Assembly (NCBI GenBank): GCA_020723065.1 | Contig: DYJP01000003.1 | Span: 195-64,194, forward strand | Direction of reading: 5' to 3' | DNA: 64,000 nt | Origin: Candidatus Micrarchaeum sp. | Lineage (GTDB): Archaea; Micrarchaeota; Micrarchaeia; CABMEP01 | Part shown: piece by piece, positions 38,980-48,446 of the stretch | How positions within the stretch are numbered: position 1 is the first letter of the stretch | Layout of the letters: the number at the start of each line of letters is the position of its first letter | Notes under the pieces: model-generated | What the model saw: only the letters and a program-made list of their open reading frames with translations | Database searches by the model: none | What the model was told of the DNA's origin: nothing | Made by a program: the position numbers and the translations under genes

Positions 38980-40011
38980 TTATCTAAACGAGTTAGAACT
39001 TCTTCTCTTTCTCGGCTTGAAAATCGACTTGGAACCGTAATGCAATGGATTCTTCGGTCCTCCTTTGGATAGGCAGCCGCATTCCGGCAGTCTTAACCCA
39101 TATGATTCCATTACCTGACACGAAGGAGGAGAATATCCCTTCTTCGCTATGAACTCAACTTGATATCTTGCAATCTTCTCATCAAAATTCGGGGTATTGG
39201 AGAATACCTCCACCACCTCGTCCACCGACTTTCCGAACTTTAATAGATACGAAGCAACCGCCACTCTCGCGAAATGCGGAAGGTTCTCACCATTTCTCGC
39301 CCGCTCCACTATCTTAGCCATACACGGTGCCATCACTCCGCTGGACTTTGCGAACATGACTGCGTTCTTCTCCTTAACCTCCTTGAACTTATTGATTTCA
39401 TCCTCTATTTCCTTGCCCATCTGAAGAATATCATTCTTTATGTCTAAAGGTATAGAATCTTGGTGTATCGGAAGTCCAGACTCGATACTGTTTCTTATCG
39501 CTTCATTCAATACTGACATGAACTTGTTCTCGTCCAGAAGTATCCTACCATTATTCAGATTCTGGAAAACGAGCCTTCCCTCGTCTGTCTTTGGAACGTT
39601 TATCAAATAGGTCTCGACTGAAACATAAAGACCATCATAGTCGATGTCAAGCTCTTTCGCTATACGCTTGGCCTCGTTTATGAAATCCGGATTGTCCGCT
39701 CTTATATTGGCCATTGCGCGCTTGGCCTCGTAATTGACGAACCTGTTCCTGACTTGGGAATCAAAAAGAGAGACAATCATCCTTGCAAGCGGATAAGACA
39801 CCAGATATTTTTGGTAAAGTTCCTCATTAGCCTCCATAAGAACTGAAACGTCTTCCCTGAAAAGAGAATCGAGTATCCTCTTCTTTGCAAACTGCATCTT
39901 CTGGTAGTCAATGGTTATCGGCTTCTCTGATAGCAGCTGCCTCGCTGTCTTGGTGAACGGATAACGCGCAGAGAACCTCAACTTTTCATTTGAAAACTGA
40001 TCAAGAACCAT
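38980..40011 (-). CDS. priL: DNA primase large subunit PriL
   Basis: RYPF, APCM, LPHFAR, YSPPSC. Confidence 0.93.
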   Translation of the reverse strand: MVLDQFSNEKLRFSARYPFTKTARQLLSEKPITIDYQKMQFAKKRILDSLFREDVSVLMEANEELYQKYLVSYPLARMIVSLFDSQVRNRFVNYEAKRAMANIRADNPDFINEAKRIAKELDIDYDGLYVSVETYLINVPKTDEGRLVFQNLNNGRILLDENKFMSVLNEAIRNSIESGLPIHQDSIPLDIKNDILQMGKEIEDEINKFKEVKEKNAVMFAKSSGVMAPCMAKIVERARNGENLPHFARVAVASYLLKFGKSVDEVVEVFSNTPNFDEKIARYQVEFIAKKGYSPPSCQVMESYGLRLPECGCLSKGGPKNPLHYGSKSIFKPRKRRSSNSFR

Positions 40012-40259
40012 TCAAACAACCATGCAAAACGAAGATAGGGCATTTAAGCGAAGCTTATTGAAGAATAATTCAGCTTTCCTCTTTCGTCACAGCCTGCAGA
40101 TAGACTGCATGCTCAGCAATACCTCGTATCATCATTATGGATAATTATGAAACAACTGTTTATATTCATTCCTCTCCCCGATTTCCGGTGATGGATAAAA
40201 TCAATTGATTTTTAATCCTTGAAGTAGATAGCTAAAACGTAATGCCGGATGGTGAATCC

Positions 40260-40865
40260 ATGATATTCGACAAGTCGCAGAACAGCAAGGCCCTCAATAG
40301 GATGAGAGAATGGGTAGGAAAAACGTTCTCAAAGCTCAATATCACTCCAAACCAATGGACACTGGTCTCCCTGATTGTGGCGGCATTCGCTGCGATCTCA
40401 ATATACAGTATGAATCTGCTTATTGGAGCTGCACTCATAATGGTGTCCGGATTGATTGACCTAATTGACGGAGCAGTCGCAAGACACACTAAGAAAGTGA
40501 CAAAGAAAGGCGCCTATTTAGACACTGTAATCGACAGATACAACGAATTCCTCTATGTATTTCCGCTGATTTTCCTTCCGATCGCTACCCCGTTCATGCC
40601 GATCTACGCCTGGGTTTCAATCTACCTTTTCGGAGGGATGATGACCACGTATGCCAAAGCGGCGGCAAAGGAAAAGGGGTTGGAGCAGGAGATCCGTGGC
40701 GGAATACTCGAAAGAGCGGAAAGAGTGGGGATATACGCCGCTGGACTTGTTATCGCAAGCTTCAACATCACGCTCTTCGCATACATACTGATCGCACTTG
40801 CAGTCCTGTCGAATGTAAGCGCATTGCAGAGGCTGTCCAAGGCATTTAGAATGATGAAGAACTGA
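40260..40865 (+). CDS. CDP-alcohol phosphatidyltransferase (archaetidylinositol-phosphate synthase-like)
   Basis: TPNQWT, DLIDGAVAR...GAYLDTVIDR, GILERAER. Confidence 0.9.
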   Translation: MIFDKSQNSKALNRMREWVGKTFSKLNITPNQWTLVSLIVAAFAAISIYSMNLLIGAALIMVSGLIDLIDGAVARHTKKVTKKGAYLDTVIDRYNEFLYVFPLIFLPIATPFMPIYAWVSIYLFGGMMTTYAKAAAKEKGLEQEIRGGILERAERVGIYAAGLVIASFNITLFAYILIALAVLSNVSALQRLSKAFRMMKN

Positions 40866-40885
40866 AAACCCGGCGCGGGGATTGT

Positions 40886-41953
40886 ATGAGGATAATTCTT
40901 CACATAGACATGGACAGCTTCTTCACATCATGCGAAGAGCTGAGAAGACCGGAGCTCAAGGGAAAGCCTATTATTGTCGGAGCAGACCCGAGAGGCGGAA
41001 ATGGTAGGGGTGTCGTCAGCACAGCGTCTTACGCCGCGAGGGAATATGGAATACATTCCGGAATGCCGATATCAATCGCATACAAGAAATGCCCGAATTG
41101 CATTTTCCTTCCTGTTGATTTCGAGCTTTATGTTCCTCTTTCTCAGAAAATAATGGGTATACTCAGAAACTACAGCGACAAGGTGGAGCCAGCAAGCATT
41201 GACGAGGCGTATCTTGATTTAAGCGAATGCAAAGACTACACGGAAGCGGTAAAAACCGCGGAAAAAATAAAAGAAGAGATACGAAAAATCGGACTTAGCT
41301 CTTCGGTGGGAATCGGGCCGAACAAGCTAATAGCTAAAATCGCTTCGGACTATCAGAAGCCAGACGGACTAACTGTTGTAAGGGAAAATAACGCTGAAGA
41401 TTTCCTTAAACCGATGAATGTAAGAAAGATACCCGGAATAGGGCCGAAGACAAGCGAATTCCTGAAAGAGAGGGGGATAGAAACGATTCGCGACCTTCAG
41501 AAAATAACGAAGGAGGAATTAAAAGAAACATTTGGAAAATTCGGAGAAACAATGTACTACTTTTCAAGAGGAATCGACGATTCCGAAGTGATAACCGAAT
41601 ACGAAACAAAATCCTACAGCAAGGAGTTCACATTCCAGAAAGACACCAAGTCAATGGAGATGCTGCGGGATGTCACGCTGGTAATGGCGGAAGAGCTCTC
41701 CAAAGAGCTGGAAACAGGGAAAAAAAGATTCAAGACCGTCACACTGAAAATAAGATTCTCAGGATTTGAAACCCACACTGCGAGCCTTACTTTGAAAGAA
41801 TACGCTGGCGGGAAGGAAGAGATCTACGCTACTACGAACAAACTGTTGCAGAAGTTCCTTCCACTGGAAAAGGCAGTTCGATTAATAGGGATAAAAGTGT
41901 CTAATTTTGAAGAAAAAGATCCAAAAACAATCGGACTTGCGAGATATATATAA
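40886..41953 (+). CDS. dinB: Y-family DNA polymerase IV
   Basis: HIDMDSFF, ASYAAREYG, SIDEAYLD, AKIASD..KPDG. Confidence 0.96.
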   Translation: MRIILHIDMDSFFTSCEELRRPELKGKPIIVGADPRGGNGRGVVSTASYAAREYGIHSGMPISIAYKKCPNCIFLPVDFELYVPLSQKIMGILRNYSDKVEPASIDEAYLDLSECKDYTEAVKTAEKIKEEIRKIGLSSSVGIGPNKLIAKIASDYQKPDGLTVVRENNAEDFLKPMNVRKIPGIGPKTSEFLKERGIETIRDLQKITKEELKETFGKFGETMYYFSRGIDDSEVITEYETKSYSKEFTFQKDTKSMEMLRDVTLVMAEELSKELETGKKRFKTVTLKIRFSGFETHTASLTLKEYAGGKEEIYATTNKLLQKFLPLEKAVRLIGIKVSNFEEKDPKTIGLARYI

Positions 41954-41956
41954 GAC

Positions 41957-43210
41957 TCAGTTCGGCTCTTCGAATTGAGCCTTGTCCAGTCTGTCCATAT
42001 TAGCTTCGTAGTCCTGAAAGAAATACAGAATGTTCTGCTCCGCTTCAGAAATAAAGTCCTTTATAACTTCAGATTTCTTCTCCTTTAAATCAGAAATCTT
42101 CTTGGTGATTTTCTCCAGCTGGTCGTTTAACTCGCGGTCTTTGTTTGTAAGGCGTTCCAGTTCTTTCTTTATTTGCCTTCTCTTTAAGTAATCGATTACG
42201 AATTTATCGTACAAGCCGATTGAAACAATAAACACAATACCGGCTGAGATTCCCTGTACGATTGTAAAATTATTCATAAGAAAATCGCTAATGGAAGATA
42301 ATTTAGAAAGTTTATCATATATGAAACTCTTGAAGCTCTCGGTCTTGACAATCTCGGTAGCTCCGAAAAATGCAACGATATAAGAAGCAACGATGTGGGC
42401 AGCATGCCAGATCCTTTTAAGAGAAAGGATATTCTTTAGTCCGTTTCTCACGCTGCCTAAGATCTTGACATTTGATTGGAGCAGATTGTTGTACTTGTCC
42501 ATCTGTTCAAGCTGCTTCTCCTTAATAAAATAGATCTTTTGCTTGATATCATTCATCTCGTACTTTGACTCAGTGATTCCCTTTTCTATCGGGATTATCT
42601 CTATCCTTATTTTTTGGATGTAAAAGCTTATGATCTTCTGGAAATCATCAAAATAGCGCTGAGTTATCTCCCTTTGCTCTTTAAGCCTTTCGAAATACTT
42701 GTATTTCAGCTTTTTACGCTTTCCTTTGATAGATTTCATATCGTCCTTAAACTTTCTCTCGATCAGCCCCATCCTGGCTTCCCTTGCAATTTCGATGTCG
42801 TGCTGATACGAAGGCCATGAATCTCCGTAGCCCTTGAAGTTCTTCGGAATAAGAAATATGTTAGAAAGTATTATGGACGCAACCTGGTGATCGGGAACCG
42901 TAGCCGACAGTATAATCTTAGAAACATTTAAAGAAGGTGACGCCTGAGCGTCAAGCGCTTCAAGATTCGGAAGACCCAACGAAATCCTTCGTTGTTCCAA
43001 TCGTTTCATTTCGTCGTTAGGAATCGGATTCTTTATATTGAGCGGATCTAAATCGTTTATTCCGTCAGTGACTTGTTCGTTAGAATCTATTTTCCCTTCT
43101 GAATACGGTTCAAATTTCTTGAAATCTTCTGAAGCTGTGCCTTTATTCACTTCAAGCTGTTCCTGCTCCTTCCTCCATTTATAATTTCTCAGAAATTCCC
43201 ACATACCCAT
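41957..43210 (-). CDS. Hypothetical coiled-coil protein with two predicted TM segments
   Basis: 417 aa; hydrophobic IVASYIVAFFG and GISAGIVFIVSIGLY flanked by heptad-rich regions. Confidence 0.7.
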   Translation of the reverse strand: MGMWEFLRNYKWRKEQEQLEVNKGTASEDFKKFEPYSEGKIDSNEQVTDGINDLDPLNIKNPIPNDEMKRLEQRRISLGLPNLEALDAQASPSLNVSKIILSATVPDHQVASIILSNIFLIPKNFKGYGDSWPSYQHDIEIAREARMGLIERKFKDDMKSIKGKRKKLKYKYFERLKEQREITQRYFDDFQKIISFYIQKIRIEIIPIEKGITESKYEMNDIKQKIYFIKEKQLEQMDKYNNLLQSNVKILGSVRNGLKNILSLKRIWHAAHIVASYIVAFFGATEIVKTESFKSFIYDKLSKLSSISDFLMNNFTIVQGISAGIVFIVSIGLYDKFVIDYLKRRQIKKELERLTNKDRELNDQLEKITKKISDLKEKKSEVIKDFISEAEQNILYFFQDYEANMDRLDKAQFEEPN

Positions 43211-43324
43211 GTTTTAAACAAACAAACGAACTATATAAACTTTTCTTTTTATGTTCGACAAAAAGCGTATAAAAAGCAATATAAAAGGAAATAAAAAAGG
43301 TGGTATTGGATCTAGTTAGTCGGA

Positions 43325-44743
43325 TTACGCGACTTTCCAGATTGTCCCGTCCTTAGTGTCGTCAAGAAGTATTCCTTTCTCTTTAAGTTTATTCCTTATC
43401 TCGTCAGACTTGGTGAAATTCTTCTCTTTCCTTGCCTGGTTTCGTTCTGCGATAAGTGATTCAATCTCTTCTTTGGAAATCGAAAGCGTTTTCTGCTGCT
43501 TCTGCTCCATGAACTTTAACAGACCGAGCACTTCATCAAAATAGTACATCGTCTTCTTCACTTCCCTAGCATTATCCACTCCAAGGCTGTTTTCGCCCAT
43601 CATAATATTTATGGATTTGATAAACTCAAAAACCGCTGAAATCGCCTGCGGTGTGTTAAAGTCATTCTCCAGCGAAAGGTCGAACTTATGCTTTGCATTT
43701 TCGATTACTTGCTTAACATCTGGGTTGTTGTATTCATTCTTCACGAGTTCAAGATTCCTCATGAATTCGAATATCCTATTGACCGAATTCTGGGCTGCCT
43801 CGAAGCTCTGCTCTGTAAGATTCAACTGCTCACGATAATGGGCTGAAATAAAAAGATACCTAACAGCTTCGGGTTTAACGCCTTTTCCGAGAACATCTTT
43901 AAGAGTCCAGAAATTGCCGAATGATTTCGACATCTTTTGGCCATTTACAAGAACATGTGCGTTATGCATCCAATAATTGACATAATTTTTCCCGGTAGCC
44001 CCTTCGGATTGGGCGATTTCATTCTCATGATGTGGGAATATTAGATCGATTCCTCCACAATGAACATCAAAGGTTTCGCCAAGATACTTCATAGACATAA
44101 CGCTACACTCTATGTGCCATCCAGGCCTTCCCTTGCCGAGCTCCGTCTCCCAGAACACGTCTCCATCTTCAGGACTCCAGGCCTTCCATAATGCAAAGTC
44201 AGATGCTTGTTCTTTGGAATATTCGTCCAGATTGACTCTTCCGCTTGCACCAGCCTTCAGCTGATTAATATCTATATGAGAAAGTTTACCGTATCCCGGA
44301 AATGCGGAAACCTTGTAGTACGTTGACCCGTCCGTTCCTTTGTACGCAAGCCCGACATTCTGCAACCTCTTTATCAGGTTGACCATTTCCGGAATGAAAT
44401 CCGTTGCTTTTGGATACGCGGTGGCACGCTCAATATTGAGCGCATCTATATCTTCAAAAAATAACTTCGTGTACTTCTCAGTAAATTCTTTCAACGGCAT
44501 TTTTACATTCTGCGAATCACGTATTGTCTTGTCATCTACATTAGTAATGTTCATGATAAATGTAACCTTGAACCCATTATGCTGGAAAGTTCTCTTTACA
44601 ATATCATAGAATGTAAATGCACGGAGATTTCCTACGTGTACATAATTGTAGACCGTAGGGCCACAGCAATACATCCTTACGTGACCCTTCTCAAGCGGCT
44701 GGAAGAATTCTAATTTCCTGGTCAGTGTATTGTATACTTGCAT
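43325..44743 (-). CDS. cysS: Cysteine--tRNA ligase
   Basis: CGPTVY..HVGN, GRPGWHIECS, FPHHENE, KMSKS. Confidence 0.97.
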   Translation of the reverse strand: MQVYNTLTRKLEFFQPLEKGHVRMYCCGPTVYNYVHVGNLRAFTFYDIVKRTFQHNGFKVTFIMNITNVDDKTIRDSQNVKMPLKEFTEKYTKLFFEDIDALNIERATAYPKATDFIPEMVNLIKRLQNVGLAYKGTDGSTYYKVSAFPGYGKLSHIDINQLKAGASGRVNLDEYSKEQASDFALWKAWSPEDGDVFWETELGKGRPGWHIECSVMSMKYLGETFDVHCGGIDLIFPHHENEIAQSEGATGKNYVNYWMHNAHVLVNGQKMSKSFGNFWTLKDVLGKGVKPEAVRYLFISAHYREQLNLTEQSFEAAQNSVNRIFEFMRNLELVKNEYNNPDVKQVIENAKHKFDLSLENDFNTPQAISAVFEFIKSINIMMGENSLGVDNAREVKKTMYYFDEVLGLLKFMEQKQQKTLSISKEEIESLIAERNQARKEKNFTKSDEIRNKLKEKGILLDDTKDGTIWKVA

Positions 44744-44818
44744 AATATTGCCCTTAAATGAAATATACTAAAAGTACTTGTGAAACAAAGTTTAAAACAT
44801 TGCTCATGTGAAACTTCT

Positions 44819-45142
44819 TCAGTATTCGATCCCGAAATCAGATGACTGCCTTGGATGGGAACTATATCCGAATTGGCCTTCAAGAAACAACTGGACTTGC
44901 TCGACAACTATGACAAAATCGTTTTTTGACACTTCTAAAATGAACTGGTCCAGATCCTGCCTGGTTTTCGCCTCGCAGAATATCTCTACGTCCCCATCCG
45001 GAAGATTCCTGACTATCCCTTTTATACCAAGCTTCCTGGCGTTTTCTACGGTTCGATAACGGTAGTTCACGCCCTGGACCGAACCTTTGATCAATATTCT
45101 TGCGCGGATTGGTTTAGATGGCTTAACAGAACCCATAACCAT
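44819..45142 (-). CDS. acyP: Acylphosphatase
   Basis: GSVQGVNYR, GIVRNLPDGDVE. Confidence 0.9.
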   Translation of the reverse strand: MVMGSVKPSKPIRARILIKGSVQGVNYRYRTVENARKLGIKGIVRNLPDGDVEIFCEAKTRQDLDQFILEVSKNDFVIVVEQVQLFLEGQFGYSSHPRQSSDFGIEY

Positions 45143-45187
45143 AAAAACAATTAGAAAACAAGATTTAAATTGCTATTCAAAAATAGA

Positions 45188-45351
45188 AGCTGGGTGAGGG
45201 AGTTGAACCCCCCTACTCCGCTTACTGCGAAACTTTCTTATGAAGAAAGTTCGTCAAAGAAAACAGTTCAATGTGTTTCCTTTCTTTTTGATAAACTCTT
45301 TTTCAAAGAGTTTCCCTGCAGGCGGATACATAGCCGCTCTGTCAACCCAGC
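45188..45351 (-). tRNA. tRNA-Cys(GCA) with 93-nt intron at 37/38 (intron 45223-45315)
   Basis: GCTGGGT/ACCCAGC acceptor, U73 discriminator, TCCGC/GCGGA anticodon stem, GCA at 45319-45317; BHB central helix CTGC/GCAG. Confidence 0.93.
45223..45315. repeat. Inverted double-hairpin palindromic element forming the tRNA-Cys intron
   Basis: GAAACTTTCTT-ATG-AAGAAAGTT ... CTTTCTTTTTGAT AAACTCTTT-TTC-AAAGAGTTTC; homologous to 11432-11514. Confidence 0.85.
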
Positions 45352-45430
45352 GAATACGATGATAAATGATTGTAATAAGTAAGTAGTAAAAGTTTTTTAA
45401 TCTTCATAAACCATTTAATAGCGTGAGAAC

Positions 45431-45751
45431 ATGCAGATAGATCCAAGACAGTTGCAAAGAATGATGAAACAGATGGGCATCAACACAGAAGAAGTGAATG
45501 CAAATAGAGTTATAATAGAGCAGAACGACAAAATAATAATACTAAAGAATCCGAAAGTTGTAAAGATAGATGCAAAAGGCAACGTATCTTTCCAGATAAC
45601 TGCAACAGAAATCGAGACAAGAGAAAACATTCCTAACGAAGATATAGAACTCGTTGCAAAACAGGCAAATGTCGACATCTCTACGGCGAAAAAGGCTTTA
45701 GAAGAAACGAATGGAGACGTAGCTGAAGCGATAATGAAGCTCAAAAGCTGA
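45431..45751 (+). CDS. nac: Nascent polypeptide-associated complex protein
   Basis: DPRQLQRMMKQMGI, EDIELVA.QA, GDVAEAI. Confidence 0.94.
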   Translation: MQIDPRQLQRMMKQMGINTEEVNANRVIIEQNDKIIILKNPKVVKIDAKGNVSFQITATEIETRENIPNEDIELVAKQANVDISTAKKALEETNGDVAEAIMKLKS

Positions 45752-45776
45752 ACTTTAAAATTCGAAAACAAACGAC

Positions 45777-46559
45777 CTATTCTTTTCCTTTTATCTCTTT
45801 CATTACTTTTTCAAAATCTGCCTTTACTCCGTATTTTGAAAAATAATTTATAATGTTCTTTACATCCCGGTGAAGGAACTCCTCCGCCATCGGATGGTCG
45901 AGAAGGACGGACTGGCCAACATCTATAATAAAGAGCTTACCGTCTTTTACAAGTATATTGTACTCGCTCAAGTCTCCGTGGATTAGCCCGATCGAATACA
46001 TCTTCTTCATGTCTGTAACAATCTGCTTAAAATTTTTCTTCGGATCCGGCGGACCTACTTTCTTGAGGGACGGCGCGGGGTTCCCTTCCTCGTCGCCAAT
46101 GTAATCCATTAGAAGAGTATTGTCCTTGAAATAATAAGGCTCGGGGACGTGGACTCCGGCTTCATTGCAGAGCTTGAGGTTCCTGAACTCCTTCCTTGTC
46201 CATTCGTAGACTATCTGTTGCTTGGAATGGGAAACCTTTCTGAATCTCGGATCTCCTCGGATATAGTCCTGCATGTGCCTGAAATGAGATGTTTCTATCA
46301 TGTATATCTTGAGGGCTGCAAATTCTGGATCAGCGTTATTTCTCTTTTTGCCCTTTAACTTGTCGCCCTTGGAAGTTCTAAACACATAAGCCTCCTTTCC
46401 TTTAGAAATCGGAAAATCTACAGTGGAAACAAATTTGTGATCCATCATGAATACAATAGTAAGAAGAACGTTCCTGTCGAAAACCTCGCTCTCTATCTTT
46501 CTCTCGAGCTTTGTCCTTTTTCTAATCTTCTCAAAAAAACTGTACTCATCTAAAGGCAT
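45777..46559 (-). CDS. rio1: RIO1-family protein kinase
   Basis: SKGKEAYV, GDPRF, KEFRNL, HGDLSEYNIL, IDVGQSV. Confidence 0.94.
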   Translation of the reverse strand: MPLDEYSFFEKIRKRTKLERKIESEVFDRNVLLTIVFMMDHKFVSTVDFPISKGKEAYVFRTSKGDKLKGKKRNNADPEFAALKIYMIETSHFRHMQDYIRGDPRFRKVSHSKQQIVYEWTRKEFRNLKLCNEAGVHVPEPYYFKDNTLLMDYIGDEEGNPAPSLKKVGPPDPKKNFKQIVTDMKKMYSIGLIHGDLSEYNILVKDGKLFIIDVGQSVLLDHPMAEEFLHRDVKNIINYFSKYGVKADFEKVMKEIKGKE

Positions 46560-46597
46560 TCAGACCCCTTTGAAAATGATATAAGAATTAGAATAAA

Positions 46598-46897
46598 TTA
46601 CTGCAGATCTTTGAGGAAACCGTTCCTTCTGAGCCAGTCTGCCTGAATCTTGGTGTATCTCCAGATGATATCTCCCTTCTTGTCGCTTTCTATCGTCCAA
46701 GGGTGTATGATTACAAAATCCCCTTCCTTCACCCAAATGTCGTGCTTTATCTTTCCCGGAATCCGGCACATCCTTTCCTTCTTGTCGGAACATAAAACCA
46801 TGAACCTGCTTCCACCAGCTCTTCCTATTACCTGGCCAAGGATCTCCCCCTGCCTCGGCGTTCTCACTCTGAATGTCGGTACCTGCTCTTCAACCAA
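46598..46897 (-). CDS. eif1a: Translation initiation factor aIF-1A (probable TTG start)
   Basis: CRIPGK....WVKEGD, KGDIIWRY; GGTGA SD. Confidence 0.94.
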   Translation of the reverse strand: MVEEQVPTFRVRTPRQGEILGQVIGRAGGSRFMVLCSDKKERMCRIPGKIKHDIWVKEGDFVIIHPWTIESDKKGDIIWRYTKIQADWLRRNGFLKDLQ

Positions 46898-46914
46898 TAA
46901 ATCACCAATAATAA

Positions 46915-47337
46915 TTAAACTTTGGGAACCGAGGAACGCGCACCGCATGCCTCGCAAACCATAACGAAAATTCCCCTCTCCACCTCTTCAAGCCTCGTGT
47001 CCGGAAGCTTGCATTGCGGACAGTAGAGATAGATGTCCATATACGATTTAAGCTTGTCATTTATTATTCTATCGTTAAGCTTGCTGTTCAAGACAAGCTT
47101 CCCTCCTTCCAATACAAAGCTGGTAGCCAGCTCCTTGGCGAGATATTTACCAACGTGCCTGGGCGCTCGTCTCAGCTTATTAGTTATAGCTTCGAAATTC
47201 TTAATGATCGTTTTATTGCCTTGAATCATAATCTCCGGAAGAGGTATTTCTAAACGCTCCTTTGCAACTCTCTTTTCCGGCAATTCGGAATACGCCTTTT
47301 CCAGAAGCTTGTCGTAATCGTTAACATCAGTACTCAT
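46915..47337 (-). CDS. eif2b: Translation initiation factor 2 beta subunit
   Basis: YDKLLEKAY, KELAT, CPQCKLPDT...CEACGA. Confidence 0.95.
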   Translation of the reverse strand: MSTDVNDYDKLLEKAYSELPEKRVAKERLEIPLPEIMIQGNKTIIKNFEAITNKLRRAPRHVGKYLAKELATSFVLEGGKLVLNSKLNDRIINDKLKSYMDIYLYCPQCKLPDTRLEEVERGIFVMVCEACGARSSVPKV

Positions 47338-47486
47338 AAAACCACTGCATTCAGATAAACCGAGAATCGGAACGTTAAGCTCCTCTAACATCCAAGGTTT
47401 AGGATCATAGAAATGATATACTATACTAGTAATCGTCAAAGTTTATAAACCAATTCCCGGGCCGAGGAGATTTGGATTAAAATAGA

Positions 47487-48371
47487 TTACAGCTTGATGT
47501 TCAGCATGTAAAGCACGCCCGAAACCAGGATAAGGGATACCAAAGAGACTCCGACAATGTACGGAAGAGCGGGCATGATCTCCTTTCTTCTTGCGGCATG
47601 ACTGAACACCAAGTAAAGCCCCATTGCACTTCCGAGAAGCGCGATTGTCGGGAACGCTAGGCTGCCGAGCTTGTAGGAGACAGTGGTCACCATTGATGCG
47701 ACCGCCATGTCGCCTGTACCTAGCTCCACATACCAGGGCTGCTCTTTTGTTACGGTCTTGCCCTGCTCCTTGGTTCTCACTTTTCGTACGCCTTCAAACC
47801 CGATAGAGAAGGAAGTCTTCTCTTTTATGAAATAGTTTGCGAACTTCACCATGTGCTTAGTCCATCTAACCGCAAGGATGTCGTAAACTGCAAGCAAGAT
47901 AACGAATATGAACAACGGCAGCGGATCAATTGAAAATGCGATTACCGCCCCGATGCCTGCACCGGAAACAATCGCAAGAAGATTCCTGAAGGACTTGAAA
48001 ACCATCCTGAGCCCGAATAGGAACAGCGCCATGAGAAAAGCGAACGTGTCTGCATTCGGAACCATGAAGGACGAAAGAAACACGAAGAAAACTACGAACG
48101 ATGCAAATACTGACGCTATGAACTCAACAAGGAGTATGAAAACATGCTTGTAAGGCATGGCCAGAAATATGAATATCAACGCGGCCCCGATAAGAACCGA
48201 GATCAGCAAATAGAATGAGTTCGATATGGATGCCGGTTCGTCCGGCACCACGCTCAATGCAGAAAAGGCCGGATTCTCCTTCGCGCCTTCAATAAGCAGC
48301 ACCCCAACTCCTAAGGAGATTATCTGGGTGAGCAGGAACAGTATAACTACAACATCTAAGGCTCTCATCAA
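47487..48371 (-). CDS. Presenilin/SPP-type GxGD intramembrane aspartyl protease
   Basis: AVYDILAV, LGTGD, PALP; multiple TM segments. Confidence 0.92.
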   Translation of the reverse strand: MMRALDVVVILFLLTQIISLGVGVLLIEGAKENPAFSALSVVPDEPASISNSFYLLISVLIGAALIFIFLAMPYKHVFILLVEFIASVFASFVVFFVFLSSFMVPNADTFAFLMALFLFGLRMVFKSFRNLLAIVSGAGIGAVIAFSIDPLPLFIFVILLAVYDILAVRWTKHMVKFANYFIKEKTSFSIGFEGVRKVRTKEQGKTVTKEQPWYVELGTGDMAVASMVTTVSYKLGSLAFPTIALLGSAMGLYLVFSHAARRKEIMPALPYIVGVSLVSLILVSGVLYMLNIKL

Positions 48372-48446
48372 TACTATTTAACTTAGATAGGTTTAAAAGA
48401 GATTCTTTAAACCTATTGTAAAAATGACCTTTAAGAAAACAAATGG

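Noticed and set aside
47340..47415. Possible C/D box sRNA upstream of aIF2-beta (ATGAT...CTGA around a TAAACC/GGTTTA stem)
   Set aside because: Box C is non-consensus and no C'/D' boxes are evident; at most a UTR hairpin.
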